A DNA stretch of 64,000 nucleotides from Glaucostegus cemiculus (taxonomy: Eukaryota): the NCBI GenBank assembly GCA_976551045.1, contig CDPCPM010000092.1:1054001-1118000 (forward strand), in the 5' to 3' direction. Positions 12,741 to 25,418 of this stretch are shown here, one piece after another. Position 1 is the stretch's first letter; each line of letters starts with the position of its first letter. The notes under the pieces are model-generated. The model worked only from the letters and a program-made list of their open reading frames with translations, did not search any database and had not been told where the DNA came from. Made by a program: the position numbers and the translations under genes.

Positions 12741-13635
12741 CAGCTGTGTGTATCAGGAATTCACCTTGAGAGATTATTCTACATTATTTGCAGTTCATTT
12801 ATTTTAGTGGATGGCAGGTAGAAAAAATGTGGAAAGTTTCTGCTTATTTTCCATTATGTATCTTCATTCCATAAAACTCTACACCAGAGGTACTTATCCA
12901 TAATTAATGCCATTCACAATTCTGTGTGAAGTGCACATTATATCTGATCAATGCATATTCAAATTGTATTACTTGATAAGCTGCCTCACTTTTTACTTGT
13001 GGTATTTTATCTCTCATGCTGAACAGGTAACTGAAAACGTAGAAATCTACCAGTTGATTTGACTAGTTAATTTAAAATGAGCCGCCGACTCACAATCTTG
13101 CAATCTTGAGCAGACCTGACATTGCAGGTTGAGCAGAGGGTCAGCAATACTCAGCTGCCACATCGGAAGCTCAATATATTCAAGAGGGATTAAGTTTCAG
13201 AAATCCTGTCAGCATCCTGCAATGATCCCGACATCAGTTTTCTTTCTCCCAGTGCAGACATTTGTGCAGTCCTAAACTGACACTCACTCAGGGACCCTAA
13301 TCAGCAGTACAATTTTCTAAGACATTTCTCCTTTTAAAAAGCTACAATATTTTATTACATACAAGATCCCAAAAAAATATATTGTGCATTTAAAGAACTT
13401 TACTTTCTCTAGTGTCTACTTCATTCAAACTCCATTTTTTAAGTATTGTTTGAAATCTGAACTATTAAATTAGAATTCTGAGGATTATGTGAAATTGTTA
13501 ATACTATGCAAAATCTCTACTTAGTATTTCTACATGGTATGATTCTCAGTACCCTGGTTTATATTTTTATAATTTAAAAATTTATATAAAGATAAGTCAT
13601 GGAGAGAAGCTCTATAAAACTTTTGTTTCTTTCAG

Positions 13636-13832
13636 GGCCCTTGAGAATGCAGGAATTTGTCAATATCAGCACAAACTTGTTGGAACTTTGTCTGGAGGAA
13701 CAAAGAGAAAGCTTTCATTAGCGATTTCATTTATTGGAGGATCCACTACTGTAATTTTGGATGAACCCACCAGTGGCATTGATCCTTGCTCTCGACGTAA
13801 TATCTGGGATATAATATTGAAGCACAGAGAAG
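13636..13832 (+). CDS. ABCA13: ABCA13 exon, NBD1 signature and Walker B ([10 protein letters not shown]...[16 protein letters not shown])
   Basis: ttcag| and |gtaagg, 197 nt, phase 2-1; not in ORF track on +. Confidence 0.96.
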
Positions 13833-14878
13833 GTAAGGAAGTATGACGTTTACTCTGACAAAAAAAAACACCTGTGGAGTTAACTGTTCGGCATTGTTGG
13901 TCCTGTACCTCAGATCTACTTACCTGTGATCCCCACAACTCTTGATTTCCTATGTCCAAAAATCTATCAATCTGTTCAAAACTTGGATACAAAGTTATTT
14001 TTAATAGTACTTAACAGAGTTTTAAACAATTTAATTTTAATATACTTTAACATAAGAAAATAGTCAGTTATAGTTCTCACCCCTTAGTTCAAATCAGTAA
14101 AGTTAACACTCATTAACCTAACTGCTGGCATGTTATAAGTCGATACTTTTTGAAAGTTTACTTCAGACATGCCTTGCTCTCTTGCAACTCCTTTTAGACT
14201 CTATGGGCCAGCACTAGAGTGCAATGCTCAGCCTGCAGATGTGGGAATATGGCCACAAGTGCATGGGCAGAACATATCTCTGTTACAGCCTGCACTCATC
14301 TTCATTCTGTATGTAGTCCACCTCCAGCCATATTAGATGTGACTGCTTCTATTGGGTAACTTACTAGTGTCACTAATTTTTATACTAGTCATCTTCATGA
14401 AAGTTTAAGCAGCTCCAGAACAAGAAAAGTAAGAATAAACTCAATGCTAACATGGCATAAACTGTTGAATATATTTTTTATTAAGCCTTTTAAAAATACT
14501 TCCATATGCTGAAACTATGCAGCAGTTTTGATTGACAAATATGTGGCAGGATTTATACCCACTGAATTGATGGCAACATAATATAGTGGAAACGATAGTT
14601 TTGATTACTTCTTTATCACCATTTACTCAGATTGGACTGCTGGATAAATCCATTAAGTGGAAAAGGGCAGAGATTTCCCTTTTATTTTGATATTCATCAT
14701 GTACCGCGAATTGGCTCAGGCATTAATAGCACAGAAATTATATATTTCTGAGATAAGAAAACCATGTTACTAATACTGCATGTGCTATACAACAGTTTTT
14801 TCCATTTCTAACACATGATGTACTCACCTAACTAGTTGCCATGGTGATCTGGATGCATCTGTTTTTTTACCTTGCCAG

Positions 14879-15036
14879 GTCGAACTATTATTTTCACAAC
14901 TCATCATTTGGACGAAGCTGACATCCTGAGTGATCGAATTATCATTCTTGAAAGTGGCCAGTTGAAATGCTGTGGTTCCCCTTCTTACTTGAAGGAACAG
15001 TATGGACACGGTTATAGTCTCATCATATCAAAAAAG
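14879..15036 (+). CDS. ABCA13: ABCA13 exon, NBD1 H-loop (GRTIIFTTHHLDEAD...YGHGYSLIISKK)
   Basis: gccag| and |gtcagt, 158 nt, phase 1-0. Confidence 0.95.
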
Positions 15037-15918
15037 GTCAGTGATTCTGAGCTTGTGATGAATATGCATAGAATAAGCCGAAAGTTGTTGATGCCACAAA
15101 GGTTAATATTATTGAAAGATGGTGTCGCTGGTAAGTTCTCAGCTTCAAACTTTAAGACTTGTAATTTGCCTTGCTTCAAGAACTTAATTGGGGAGCAGGA
15201 GAAACAGCAAACCCTGGTTGCTTTAACTCCTAGCTTCTTTATGCTAGCCTAGGTCTTACCATCACCTGGACCTGACCAGAGTGACATGAAGCATAGGTCA
15301 AGAGTGGGAAGTTTCACATCAAATGGTGGGATCCCTGGGAAGTAATTCCTGCAATAAAGTCAGGATACTTTCAAAAAAATTTACAATTTTACATAACTTG
15401 GTCTCCTCTTGTCTTGGAGCCTTCTCATGCAGCTTCTACAAACATGATTGCCCCTGTCTGTGAGTCACATAGATAGGGTTAAAATAATTTTTGCATCTGA
15501 CTGACATCATTACAGTATGACTTTTGCACTTCAGCTGCAAGTTGGTCATCTAGGATTCACACTTCCCTCCAATGGGCCTTCTTTCAAGTACCCATTTCAA
15601 ATGAGTGTGGAGTACTTACAGGTTCAAGTGCTTCAGTTACATTATAGATTGACTCTCTAAATAACTGATGGAACCTTAATGAGAGTTGGTCACAGCACTC
15701 ATTAAGCAGAGAGATGAGTTAATATTCCTTTTAACTGCTGCAATTTATTATATGGAGAAAATATTATGGTAAACTACATTGTGATAAAGGAACTTTTATA
15801 TTGGATACCCAATTACTGCAGTCAGTACGTCTCACATGTACACTTCAATGGAAAATTTTAATATAAATCTTCCCAATGAATGGATAACTAAATATATTTG
15901 ATTTTATTTATGTGATAT

Positions 15919-16351
15919 TGTTGGATTCGACTGCTTTAATTAGTTTTTAACATGAATAGTGTTTAATGAACTTCAAGGGGCTGCACAAGGAATGGCCGAT
16001 TACTAGTTTATTGGTTCATCCACTAGGTGAATATACGTTTTTTTCATTGATTGGTTTGGCCAAAAGTATCTAATAGATTTCCTGATTAGACTATTGTTAG
16101 CTAAGGAGTATCTCTTATCTCAGGTATAAAAGGTGTCGCTTTTTTGTTAATCACTCTCTTGCTCTCCTCCCCCCCTGGCCTGAGCTCATCTTTATTCCCT
16201 TTGTCTTGGCTCATCAAAGCTAGTGCATGTGCTCTGTGACTGCTTCCTTGTTTTAAACTTTCCAATAAAACATTGTGAAGCGCCAAGTTGTTTTCAGCTC
16301 ACTCCTGGACTCCTGAAAGAACCTGTGGATTTGAAATAACTGGATACGACC
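15919..16351 (+). mobile_element. Probable solo LTR
   Basis: Starts TGTTGGATTC and ends GGATACGACC (imperfect terminal inverted match); ATTGG twice, TATAAAA 16125, AATAAA 16264 in U3-R-U5 order; flanks atat/attt. Confidence 0.6.
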
Positions 16352-16840
16352 ATTTTTAATTCACCTGCTTAGTTTTAAATAGGTAATACATTTACTGTAT
16401 AACAGTAATATACAGGAATAGTTTGTCGCAATAATGATTACAGCATAAATACACCTTTTTCTAATATATATTTGAAAGTATGTCAGCTGGAGCGCTACAC
16501 CTATGATTTTCCAATATGTGTTGGCAGTGTGTTAAAATCTTTACTAAAATGTGTACTCAGAAAATCACTAATTCAATTGATAGAGTTCAAAAATGAAATT
16601 AGTATAAAGAAGTGACCTTTATGTTGGAGCAGGTTTTAATCCATTTAAGACTGGTTACAAATCATTAAGTTATCAATAGTTTTCCTTAACAATCTCACAG
16701 TAAGGGTTTAATATAATGCTAAATCATTATGTTCATGGAAGAATTTACAAATGATTAGTGAAAAGAATATAGACAATTTGGCTTTCAAGATGAAAGTACG
16801 AAGTTTGCATTAGTAAGTTCTGTTGCTTTTGTTTTATCAG

Positions 16841-17071
16841 TCTTCTGCAGCAGAATCTCATGAGTCATGTGATGTTGGCCTTGTGACTTCCCTGGTAAAG
16901 GAACATATTCCCCAGGCCACTCTGAAAGAAAATGCCTTTGGAGAATTGACATACATTATTCCCACTGCGGAAGATAAAACTGCCTTTGAGAACCTGTTGC
17001 ATGCTCTGGACGAAAATATGGAAAACCTATATCTAAGCAGCTACAGCATCTCCGATACCACACTGGAAGAG
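16841..17071 (+). CDS. ABCA13: ABCA13 exon, R1 domain (...SYSISDTTLEE)
   Basis: tatcag| and |gtaggg, 231 nt, phase 0-0. Confidence 0.94.
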
Positions 17072-17605
17072 GTAGGGCTTCTATATTAGTCACATTAGCA
17101 TTAATGATGTTGAAAGCCATTGAGTCAAAATTAGAAGAGTAAATACAAATTGACCTTAAAAAGTGCAAAAGTCAAAATTAAGTTATGTTATTGCATTCCA
17201 ATAATTTTGATGACAAATTAAGAGGAGAAATAAAGCTGGTAACCTCAATGATAAATTGAGATAGAGTGTAAATTGAAAGAAAATTGACAAGTGGAGCTTG
17301 ATGAGTGTGAAGTCCTACACATAACAAGGAAAAGTGTGTTTGATGGTTTTGAAACAGTTCAGGATAAAACAGTGTTAATGGCATTTCTATTTGAAAGCTT
17401 TGAGGATTTTCATTATACATGAACCCAAGAGGTTCAGTGAAATCCAGTAGAATTCTACAATGGTGTGGAATTAGGAAACACATCACTTTAAATAACCTTA
17501 GATTTAGTATTAAGAAGTGTTTCACAACAGTGAATGTGTTGAATGGTTTTCCTGATGGACTGGATGCTAGAATGTTATGGATAAGCTTCCTTGTTATATG
17601 AATGT

Positions 17606-17930
17606 GTCATAGAGTAGTACAGCACAGAAATAGGCTCTTCAGCCCATCTCGTCCATGCCGACCTCATCTTCTGCCTAGTCCCATCTACCTGGGCTGGACC
17701 ATATCCCTCCAAACCCCTCCCATCCATGTACCTATCTAAACTCTCTTAAATTTTACAATTAAACATGCATCCACCACTTCTGCTGGCAGCTCGTTCCACA
17801 CTTGCACCACCCTCTGAGTGAAGAAATTTCCCCTCAGATTCCCCTTAAATATTTCACCTTTTACCCTAAACCTCTGTCCTCTAGTTCCAGTCTCACCTAG
17901 CTTTAGGAGTAAAACCCTGCATGCATTCAT
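17606..17930 (-). mobile_element. CR1 LINE 3' end
   Basis: Minus-strand ORF TRGQRFRV...FFTQRVVQVWNELP (CR1 C-terminus) plus 3' tail. Confidence 0.85.
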
Positions 17931-18891
17931 CAAACATGGTAACATTTTTCAGCTGAAGTTTTTTTTTATTAATTATTTTTCCCAGTTTTAAATTTCACTA
18001 GAGACTTACCGACTTTTTTAGATGGATAAAAGTAATTGTTTGGAAAGAAATAATTTTTGAAAACAATATATTTTTTCTTTCATTGTGCCATTGGAAGGCA
18101 ATTCTCTGGATTTCTATGGTGAGGTGGGGGGAGGGGGGTGGGAGAGGTAGCAGCAGCAAACAGTAATCTCCCAATACTTTGGTCTAAATTTGGGAGATTG
18201 ACAAGATTGACAGCAAAGTACAGTTACTGCTGCAGTGAAGGGAATCAAAGTGGCCAAATTGAGCAAAGCACTGCAACTTAAAATACCTTGTTTCCTGATT
18301 TTTCCATATAAGAACATCCTACTTTCTCCCTTTGGAATCTCCTGTTGATTTTGATCCTCCTCCTCCTCCCCTGAAGTGAATGGACAAGCAATGGCCATTA
18401 GTTTTCTGCTCGTGTTATGTTTTGCTATCCAATGCCTCTGCCTTGTCATGGAGTCAAGCAGCACAGGAATATGCCCTTTGACCCACCATGCATTCATCTA
18501 CACTAATCCCATTTACCATCATTTGGTCCAGCACTTACCTTCCATATCTTGGCAATTTAAGGACTCATCTGGTATTTGCCTGCACTCTGATACATCTGTT
18601 TATTTCTAAGAAAAAAAACAATCCCTGCTGTATATAATTTGTGATGTGTGAGCTCAGCAGCTCAGTGGAGTAGGAAATCAGTACGCCAATGATAATTCAG
18701 ACAGCATTGCCAGCAAATTATAGTTTGAAGAAGGTCATTTAATAATCTTACTTTAGCACACTGACTGTATTCCATGTAAATATGGTAATACAGCTCCTAA
18801 TCTTTGTAGTTGCAATGTAACATTTAATTAAGTAATTTAGAATTCATCTTGTTAAATTTAAAACTATCTGCATGGCATCTTTTCTGTTTAG

Positions 18892-18991
18892 GTGTTCATG
18901 AAGTTGCTGCAGAATGAAGAAAGATCTGCACATTATCACAACCAAGATAGAGAGTCTCTAAAATCTGAGAGTGTTTCTACTGAGAATGACA
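18892..18991 (+). CDS. ABCA13: ABCA13 exon (VFMKLLQNEERS...STEND)
   Basis: tttag| and |gtgagt, 100 nt, phase 0-1; completes the TLEEVF motif. Confidence 0.9.
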
Positions 18992-19484
18992 GTGAGTAAT
19001 TTAGCTGATTTGGTATAAAATTATTAGCATTCAGTGCATTTAATTTGCTTTAAAGTTATGGCATTGGCTTTAAAAATATCAGATTTAAATAAATCAGTCT
19101 GTAACTTCACAGTAGCATATTGTTGTGAGCAGATAATAGGGTCTGCTTTCATGTTATTTCTTTTATCATCTAGGTGATGGTTAGAAAGAGCTTGCCCAAT
19201 GAAAATGGTGCAAGGCCTGAAACATTTTTATGTCCAGTCTCATCAGCATTTTATTGGAAGGCTGCTTTCAGTTGACTGCTCCTGATCCCAAAAAACCCTA
19301 ACCTTACTTTGATGTTTTGAACAATAGAGCATGCATTATCCTACGACACAGGAAAATTGATCTGAGACCCTGTTGATATTGCTCAACCCACGGTTTGAAG
19401 TGGTTGTCGAGACCCTGCCTGTTTTCAGCAGCACCCACTCTCTCTTTTCAAAGACCCCACTAAAATGGCTCTGATTCTAATCTC

Positions 19485-19815
19485 AGTGGCACAGGTAGCA
19501 GTTCCAGTGACCCAGGCTCAATCCTGACCTCTGGTGCTGTCTTTGTGGTGTTTTGCACATTGCCTCTGCGTCGGTTTCCAATGGGTGCTCCATTTTCCTC
19601 CCACATCCCAAAAATATGCAGGTTGGTAGGTTAATTGACCACTGTAAATTGCTCCTAGTGCATAGATGAGTGGTGGAATCTGGGGATAGTTGATGGGAAT
19701 GTGGGGAGAATAAGATGGTTTAGGTTATGCTTCACATATAAAGATGCATGGTTGGCAGTCAGTGCTGTCTTAATGGGTCAAAGGACGTGTTTCATGCTGC
19801 ATCGCTTTATGATCC
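19485..19815 (+). mobile_element. Older V-SINE (HE1-like)
   Basis: Decayed B box and V domain (gggtgctccattttcctcccacatccc), ggttaattgaccactgtaaattg, CR1-like tail. Confidence 0.75.
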
Positions 19816-21852
19816 AGTAGTGAGAGGGTGTGCTTTTATTTTTAATCACATTTTGCCATATTCACAAGCAACAATGGTGCTGAAATTGGCTTTTTTTGAG
19901 TGGATCCTAGTAACGTTTGAGCCCACTCTAAGGATTTACTATCAACAGGCCAGTTAGCTGCATTTCAAACAGGAGTAAGTCTGCAGCATGAAAATAAACA
20001 AAACAAAGTTTAAAAAAAACAAATCAAACAGTGGTTTAAGAGGAGGCTTGCTGCAGATATGCTTGGAGAATTTTAATTCAAATATGATTTTGTGTAAGTT
20101 GCATACTCATTACTATCAGCATGCAGGGAAAACCAATCCACTTTTATATCTTCCCAGTAATAGTCCCCAAGGTCATACTTTACCCATATCCATTTATCCT
20201 CCTTTTCGTCAATGATCTATCTACTCTGTTCATTAATTTTATATTAGTCTTTTTCAAATTACTAACTCTGGTGGTGCATGCTACAGGCTTTCAATACACT
20301 GTGCAAAAAATGTTCTCCTGCTCTTTCCAGAACTGTTTTGCATTTCCTCTTACACCCATGCCATCTCAACCGACACTCTTTTCTTTAGAAATGGAAACCT
20401 TACTTATTCTGTCCACTTCTTCAGTTCAATCCTTTTATTCTTTAATTGGTTTCCATTCCTGATCTACATTCAATATTTTTCCCTGAAAGCAATTCTGAAA
20501 TGTTGTTCTGTATGTGAGAAGCACTATTGGATTGCAACCTAGATTGATAGATCAGGAAAACAATATTTACAAGGATAATTTTTTTTTTTGTCTGTTCCTG
20601 TTCCCAGTGGACGTAGTTCCACAGCTCAAACCTGTTCCTATCTGAGCATTAATTGGCAGTACTCTGCCAACTTTGCTCAGTCATACAGATCAGTCACTAA
20701 GCCACTATCTAATCAGATTCTAGTGTAGGCTCCAGAGACAGAATGAGGTACTGCTGTTCCTAAATTGCTATGTTCTAGACAGCCAGAGATTGGCTTTTGT
20801 AGAAAATGGTTGACTCTCACCATGATCAACTCAGTAGGTGTTTCTATAAGGTTCTATACCAATGCTGAGAGATCCTATTTCTCTCAAAGTTCCAGAATCT
20901 TCACTTGCTCAAGTGTGATTTGGGGCTGGTCAAGGATTGAGCCTGTATGAAAATCTTCAATTGGAAGTAATAAACCAGGATTGGCAGTAACATAAAATAA
21001 ATATAGTTAAATTTCCAAACTATTTCTGGCATGAAAATCTCACAATTTGGGGTGTAATTGTGCAATTTGTTATTCTGAGGTGCATTTTATGCCAGCTATT
21101 TACCAGCTTCTTACTGTGGGGATAATTCCATTTGATTGGATGACTAACCTTGATGATCTCAAATAAATTCCCAATTGTCTTGTTTATCACAACCCCTGAC
21201 CACCCTCAATGTCTTCATCCCTCACTTATCCCACCACAATTTGTGAGATTTCTTTCAGTAAAGTGGCAACTTGTCCAAGGGCCACAACAGCCACTGTCAG
21301 TCAACCTGGCTGCTCCTCCACTGAACGTGAGGGAGCACTAGATATGTGAGATGAAACTGTGTACAACGTGCTTTCAAGAGATTCCAAAAGATGGGAACAT
21401 TTAGTAGAGAAAATTGTATTGGAAGTTATTTGTGATAAAATGTTTCTGGCCTCTCTTCTGGCCATTTCCAGGATCTTTGGCCTCTCAGTGTACCTTCCAC
21501 TTGGTTGCTGCCAGGGGTATTTGGCTCCCTCAGAGTTCCACCATCCCCCTCAAATGCACTCCCACATTCTCTGGTCTTTGTTTTCATTGCAGACAGGGTC
21601 ACTAGCCACTCTTTTAGCCACTCCTGGTGTTCTGGATTTGTTGCTGACCCCTCTTGGGATCTCTGATCTTTCTTTCAGCTGACTTTTGCAAATCTACTGC
21701 ATTAATATAAAGTAACTATTATTTTTCTACCACTTTGTCTGACATCCATTTCTCAGCTACAAATTTTGAACAATTTTTCATCCCACAGATTAGGTATGCC
21801 CTTATTTATTATGCATGTTGATATTTATTGCACTTTTTTTTCTTACACAAAG

Positions 21853-22102
21853 ATGAGGCACTTGCTGAAGACCCACGGGTGACTGGTATAAGACTGACTT
21901 TTAAACAGATGGCAGCTCTGATCATCAAACGCTTTCATCACACACGGAGGGATTGGAAAGGAGCCGTTGCCAACCTGCTGCTTCCCGTTCTCTTTGTCAT
22001 TTTAGCAATGGCTCTATTCAGCGTGAAGCCTATCTCTTCTGAATACCCTTCAATTAGAATGTCACCAGATATGTATCAGGATTCAGATGTTACCTTCTTC
22101 AG
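21853..22102 (+). CDS. ABCA13: ABCA13 exon, first helix of TMD2 (KRFHHTRRDWKG...LLLPVLFVILAM)
   Basis: caaag| and |gtaaag, 250 nt, phase 1-2. Confidence 0.92.
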
Positions 22103-23369
22103 GTAAAGTGGCCATAAAATTTACTTAAAAGCTTACCTCAGTCCCAGGTATGAGAGAGTGCAAAACCAACCTGGAGCTCATTGAATATGGTGTCACTTCT
22201 GAGCAACAATAAAATGTGTGAAGGAATTTGTTGGTTGTGCTCTCAGTGGTTAGGTATTACAACTTCATCTTATATTAGTTGTAAAGATAGACGAAGACTG
22301 TGAGAACAATTCTTGGAGCTGTTGCCATGAGAAATGAGTTCACCTGATTAGTTTTTTTTAGAAGATAGGTTTTAGTAAGGAAAATACACATGTGTTGCTA
22401 ATTGTTGTATTTAGATTTTATCAACTTTGTGGATGAGCAATGGAATTAGAACAGTTTAACAAATAGGACAATGGGGATTATTATTGTACCAAATTAATCA
22501 AGATGGACTTCATGTATAAAATCATCTTTGTACTATAACACAAAATTTCATCAACCCACCATAATGATGCCTATTCAGGATCTCTGATGCTGACCTCATC
22601 AAATTTCACTTCACAGCCTCTAACATTGTACGAGGAATCTTAACTTTCCTAATATTCTTCAAGGAATTGGAAGTTGAGTCAGCATTTTTAAGTGGCAGAG
22701 ATCCACAATTCAAATGCCAATCTGAACGAAACCTGGCAAGAATTACTCTAATATCTTCTCAGGTCTTATAATCTTGAAAGATACATTGCATTTTAGATTG
22801 TTTTGCCTCATGAAATATAGGTGTGCATGAGATGCAAAGAATGAGCTACACTTATATTTGGTGTAAAGAGCACATGTTGAACAAGCAATATTTTGCAAGA
22901 AGCAACCTTTGAACCAGCCACAAGACATATGATATAATTGGGAGCATTTTTTTACAGATTATTTTAAAGGGACCATTTTCATCTCCCTCTTGTCCAAGAT
23001 ACTTTGTCTTAGATTACCATTAATCAGTGGTCAAGAGTGTCCTAATGTTATCCAAGGGGGAGCTTAGTCAACAGTTATCATGCACTTGGGGCCAGATGTA
23101 TAAATTGTTCATTACTACAACCAGAGTTGTGCCTTTTATATGGCTTTCCTTTCATTTCATTTATATGTAGCATTCTTCTCCCTTTTCCCATGCTTAGCCA
23201 TGAATCACAATATTTGAAAGTGGCTTGTGAGTATAATAAGGATAGACATGAATACTGATGCTCATGTGTAGGCACTATATTGTGGCTGTGAAATTCGCAT
23301 AGTGGAGTGTGAAGGGTTTGCATCTTGCTCCAAACGGTCCTGCTGTCAAAACCAGAATTCCAGCTTTGA

Positions 23370-23453
23370 AGTTCTGAAGAAGGGTCATGACCCGAAATGT
23401 TGATCAGTTTCTCTTTCCACACATGCTGCCTGACTGGCTGAATTCTTCCAGCA
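23370..23453 (+). mobile_element. Penelope-like terminal repeat with hammerhead-ribozyme-like motif
   Basis: AGTT CTGAAGA A GGGTCATGACCC GAAA TGTT, then the family tail atgctgcctgac...tccagca. Confidence 0.72.
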
Positions 23454-23454
23454 G

Positions 23455-23543
23455 TGAAAATAAAAACAGAAAATGCTAGAAACACTCAGGCAGCATCTGT
23501 GGAAAGAGTTAATGTTTCTGGTCTAAGATTCTTCATCAGAACC
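23455..23543 (-). mobile_element. Inverted second Penelope-like repeat copy with hammerhead-like motif
   Basis: Minus strand reads GGTT CTGATGA AGAATCTTAGACCA GAAAC ATT AACT ctttccacagatgctgcctga. Confidence 0.7.
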
Positions 23544-25328
23544 ACTATTTAAATATTTCTAATGCTAGTGTCAGGAATTTATTCATAAGTAATAGCTTCT
23601 TAAGGACAATTAATATCCCTGATGTTTGCTTCCTTGGATATAGTTGTGCTTTTAAATGGATACCATAATTCAAATTATATCTCCCTAAGATATTTATGGA
23701 ACTACTCAAGACCTATGTCAGTCATCCAACTGCCCCATTTTTTACAGTGCTTCTTCACATAGAAGTTGATTTAATTAATTATGTTGTCTTGATGCTGAGT
23801 AATTCCTGAAGTGTTTTTTAGGAATTAACTGGAATGCTTGTGCTATTGCTCACCAATGAATAGAATTATTATTTTTAAGGCACAGTGGTTGTTATCAGAT
23901 AATTGACACCATGTTGTTTCCTTATTGCTGGATTTGGTCTTTGAAAAGTGCTGTCTTTAGTTCTTATAATTTGATATATTCATACATAAACTCTTCGAGG
24001 TGACTAGGTAGATGTGCAAATAGTTAACTAGTTAAAAATAAGTGGGCAAAGGCAGGGATGAGTAAATGCAGAGACATGTCTGATTGTTTTGAAATGCTTG
24101 TGTGAAATCCTTTTGTATATAGATGACCTTTGAATAGCATGGGCTTTTTAAAAAGAGCACAACCTTATCTAGGTCATTTCCAGAGAGTTCAGATAGTCCT
24201 TTTAATATTTTTATTGTCATTTATATTGGCTATATCTCCATTGCTGACATTTTTTGGCATCTCTTTCAATCACATCCCTGACTGTGGCATGTTTATGTAT
24301 AATTCTGTAAATATATAACCATAGGATATTGTGGCATCATTTATGTAATAGACCATGTGCAATGGAAGTTCCTTGATGTGAGAGACAGAATGAACATGCC
24401 TATTCAAAGCTCATGTGTTCTGCGTTTTTTACTTATAGTAGAACTTACTCAAACCCCAGCAGTATTTGACATCCATTTTAGGATACGTACAGTTGTGAGG
24501 GTCAGAAGAGCAAAAATATGAATAAAGGGAAAATAGAATCAGTCATGCACCCCTGAAAGAGATACTCTTACCTCAAGGATCCTGTGAAAACACATTGGGG
24601 AAAAAGTCCAAAAGCATGCCCTGAAGGCTCTGATCAGCTGTGGTCCCAGAGGGTAGATCAAAGAGAGACAGAGAAAACTCCAATATCTGCCTTTGCTTTC
24701 TGGACAGCACTACTCAATATTTAAGTTGCAACAACCAATTTTTTTAAAAAGTAAAATTAAAGCAAGGAAGACTCTGCAAGTTTGCAACTAGTGGAATAAC
24801 CTGAGAGTAAAAGTGTAAACACACAGGAAGCTTGAGTATTGTGAATGGTTAATTTATTTAAACACGGCTGCTGGTCTCCTCTGGTAGAACCATTAATGCA
24901 TTGTATTCTTTGCATGCAAACGAGCTATGTAACCCTAATTTAGGGGGAGAGTAGAGAGGCAAGAATTAAAGTAAAAGGCAGTGTTTTAACTGCAAACATA
25001 CATAAGAGTAAATGGCATTTTGTTGCAGCCATTAATTATGGAAGTAATTCCATTATAAGTGTCTCATTTGAAGTGTTTAATACTATGGCCAATAGTTAGT
25101 ATATCTATTATTTTAATTTCATTTTGGTTGTTAGCTATTAGAATCATATTATAACAGAAATGTGGGATATTAGTTCCATATTTTAACAAATTGGGTAAAT
25201 CTTGTTTATTTGCAATAATTTGTACAGATCAGTAGGTCAGAATATTGAAAACCCCTGTCACTCTGCATTTAGCAATTCTACATATATACTTTTTCCATGG
25301 CTAAACCTGATTTTCTTACTCTATGTAG

Positions 25329-25418
25329 TTCTGATGAAATGGACTTTCAAAACCTGACTGCAATGTTGCTGAAGTCTATGAAAATAAACGAACCCTGCAC
25401 TGACCAAGACTCTAATCG
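25329..25418 (+). CDS. ABCA13: ABCA13 exon, ECD2 (SDEMDFQNLTAMLLKSMKINEPCTDQDSN)
   Basis: tgtag| and |gtaagt, 90 nt, phase 2-2; not in ORF track. Confidence 0.85.

Noticed and set aside
20608-20747. Extra ABCA13 exon after a strong polypyrimidine tract and CAG
   Set aside because: The phase-1 frame stops after 12 codons. The phase-2 frame (via the alternative donor after 18995) has no good compatible donor before its stop. Exons 18991 and 21853 already join in frame.
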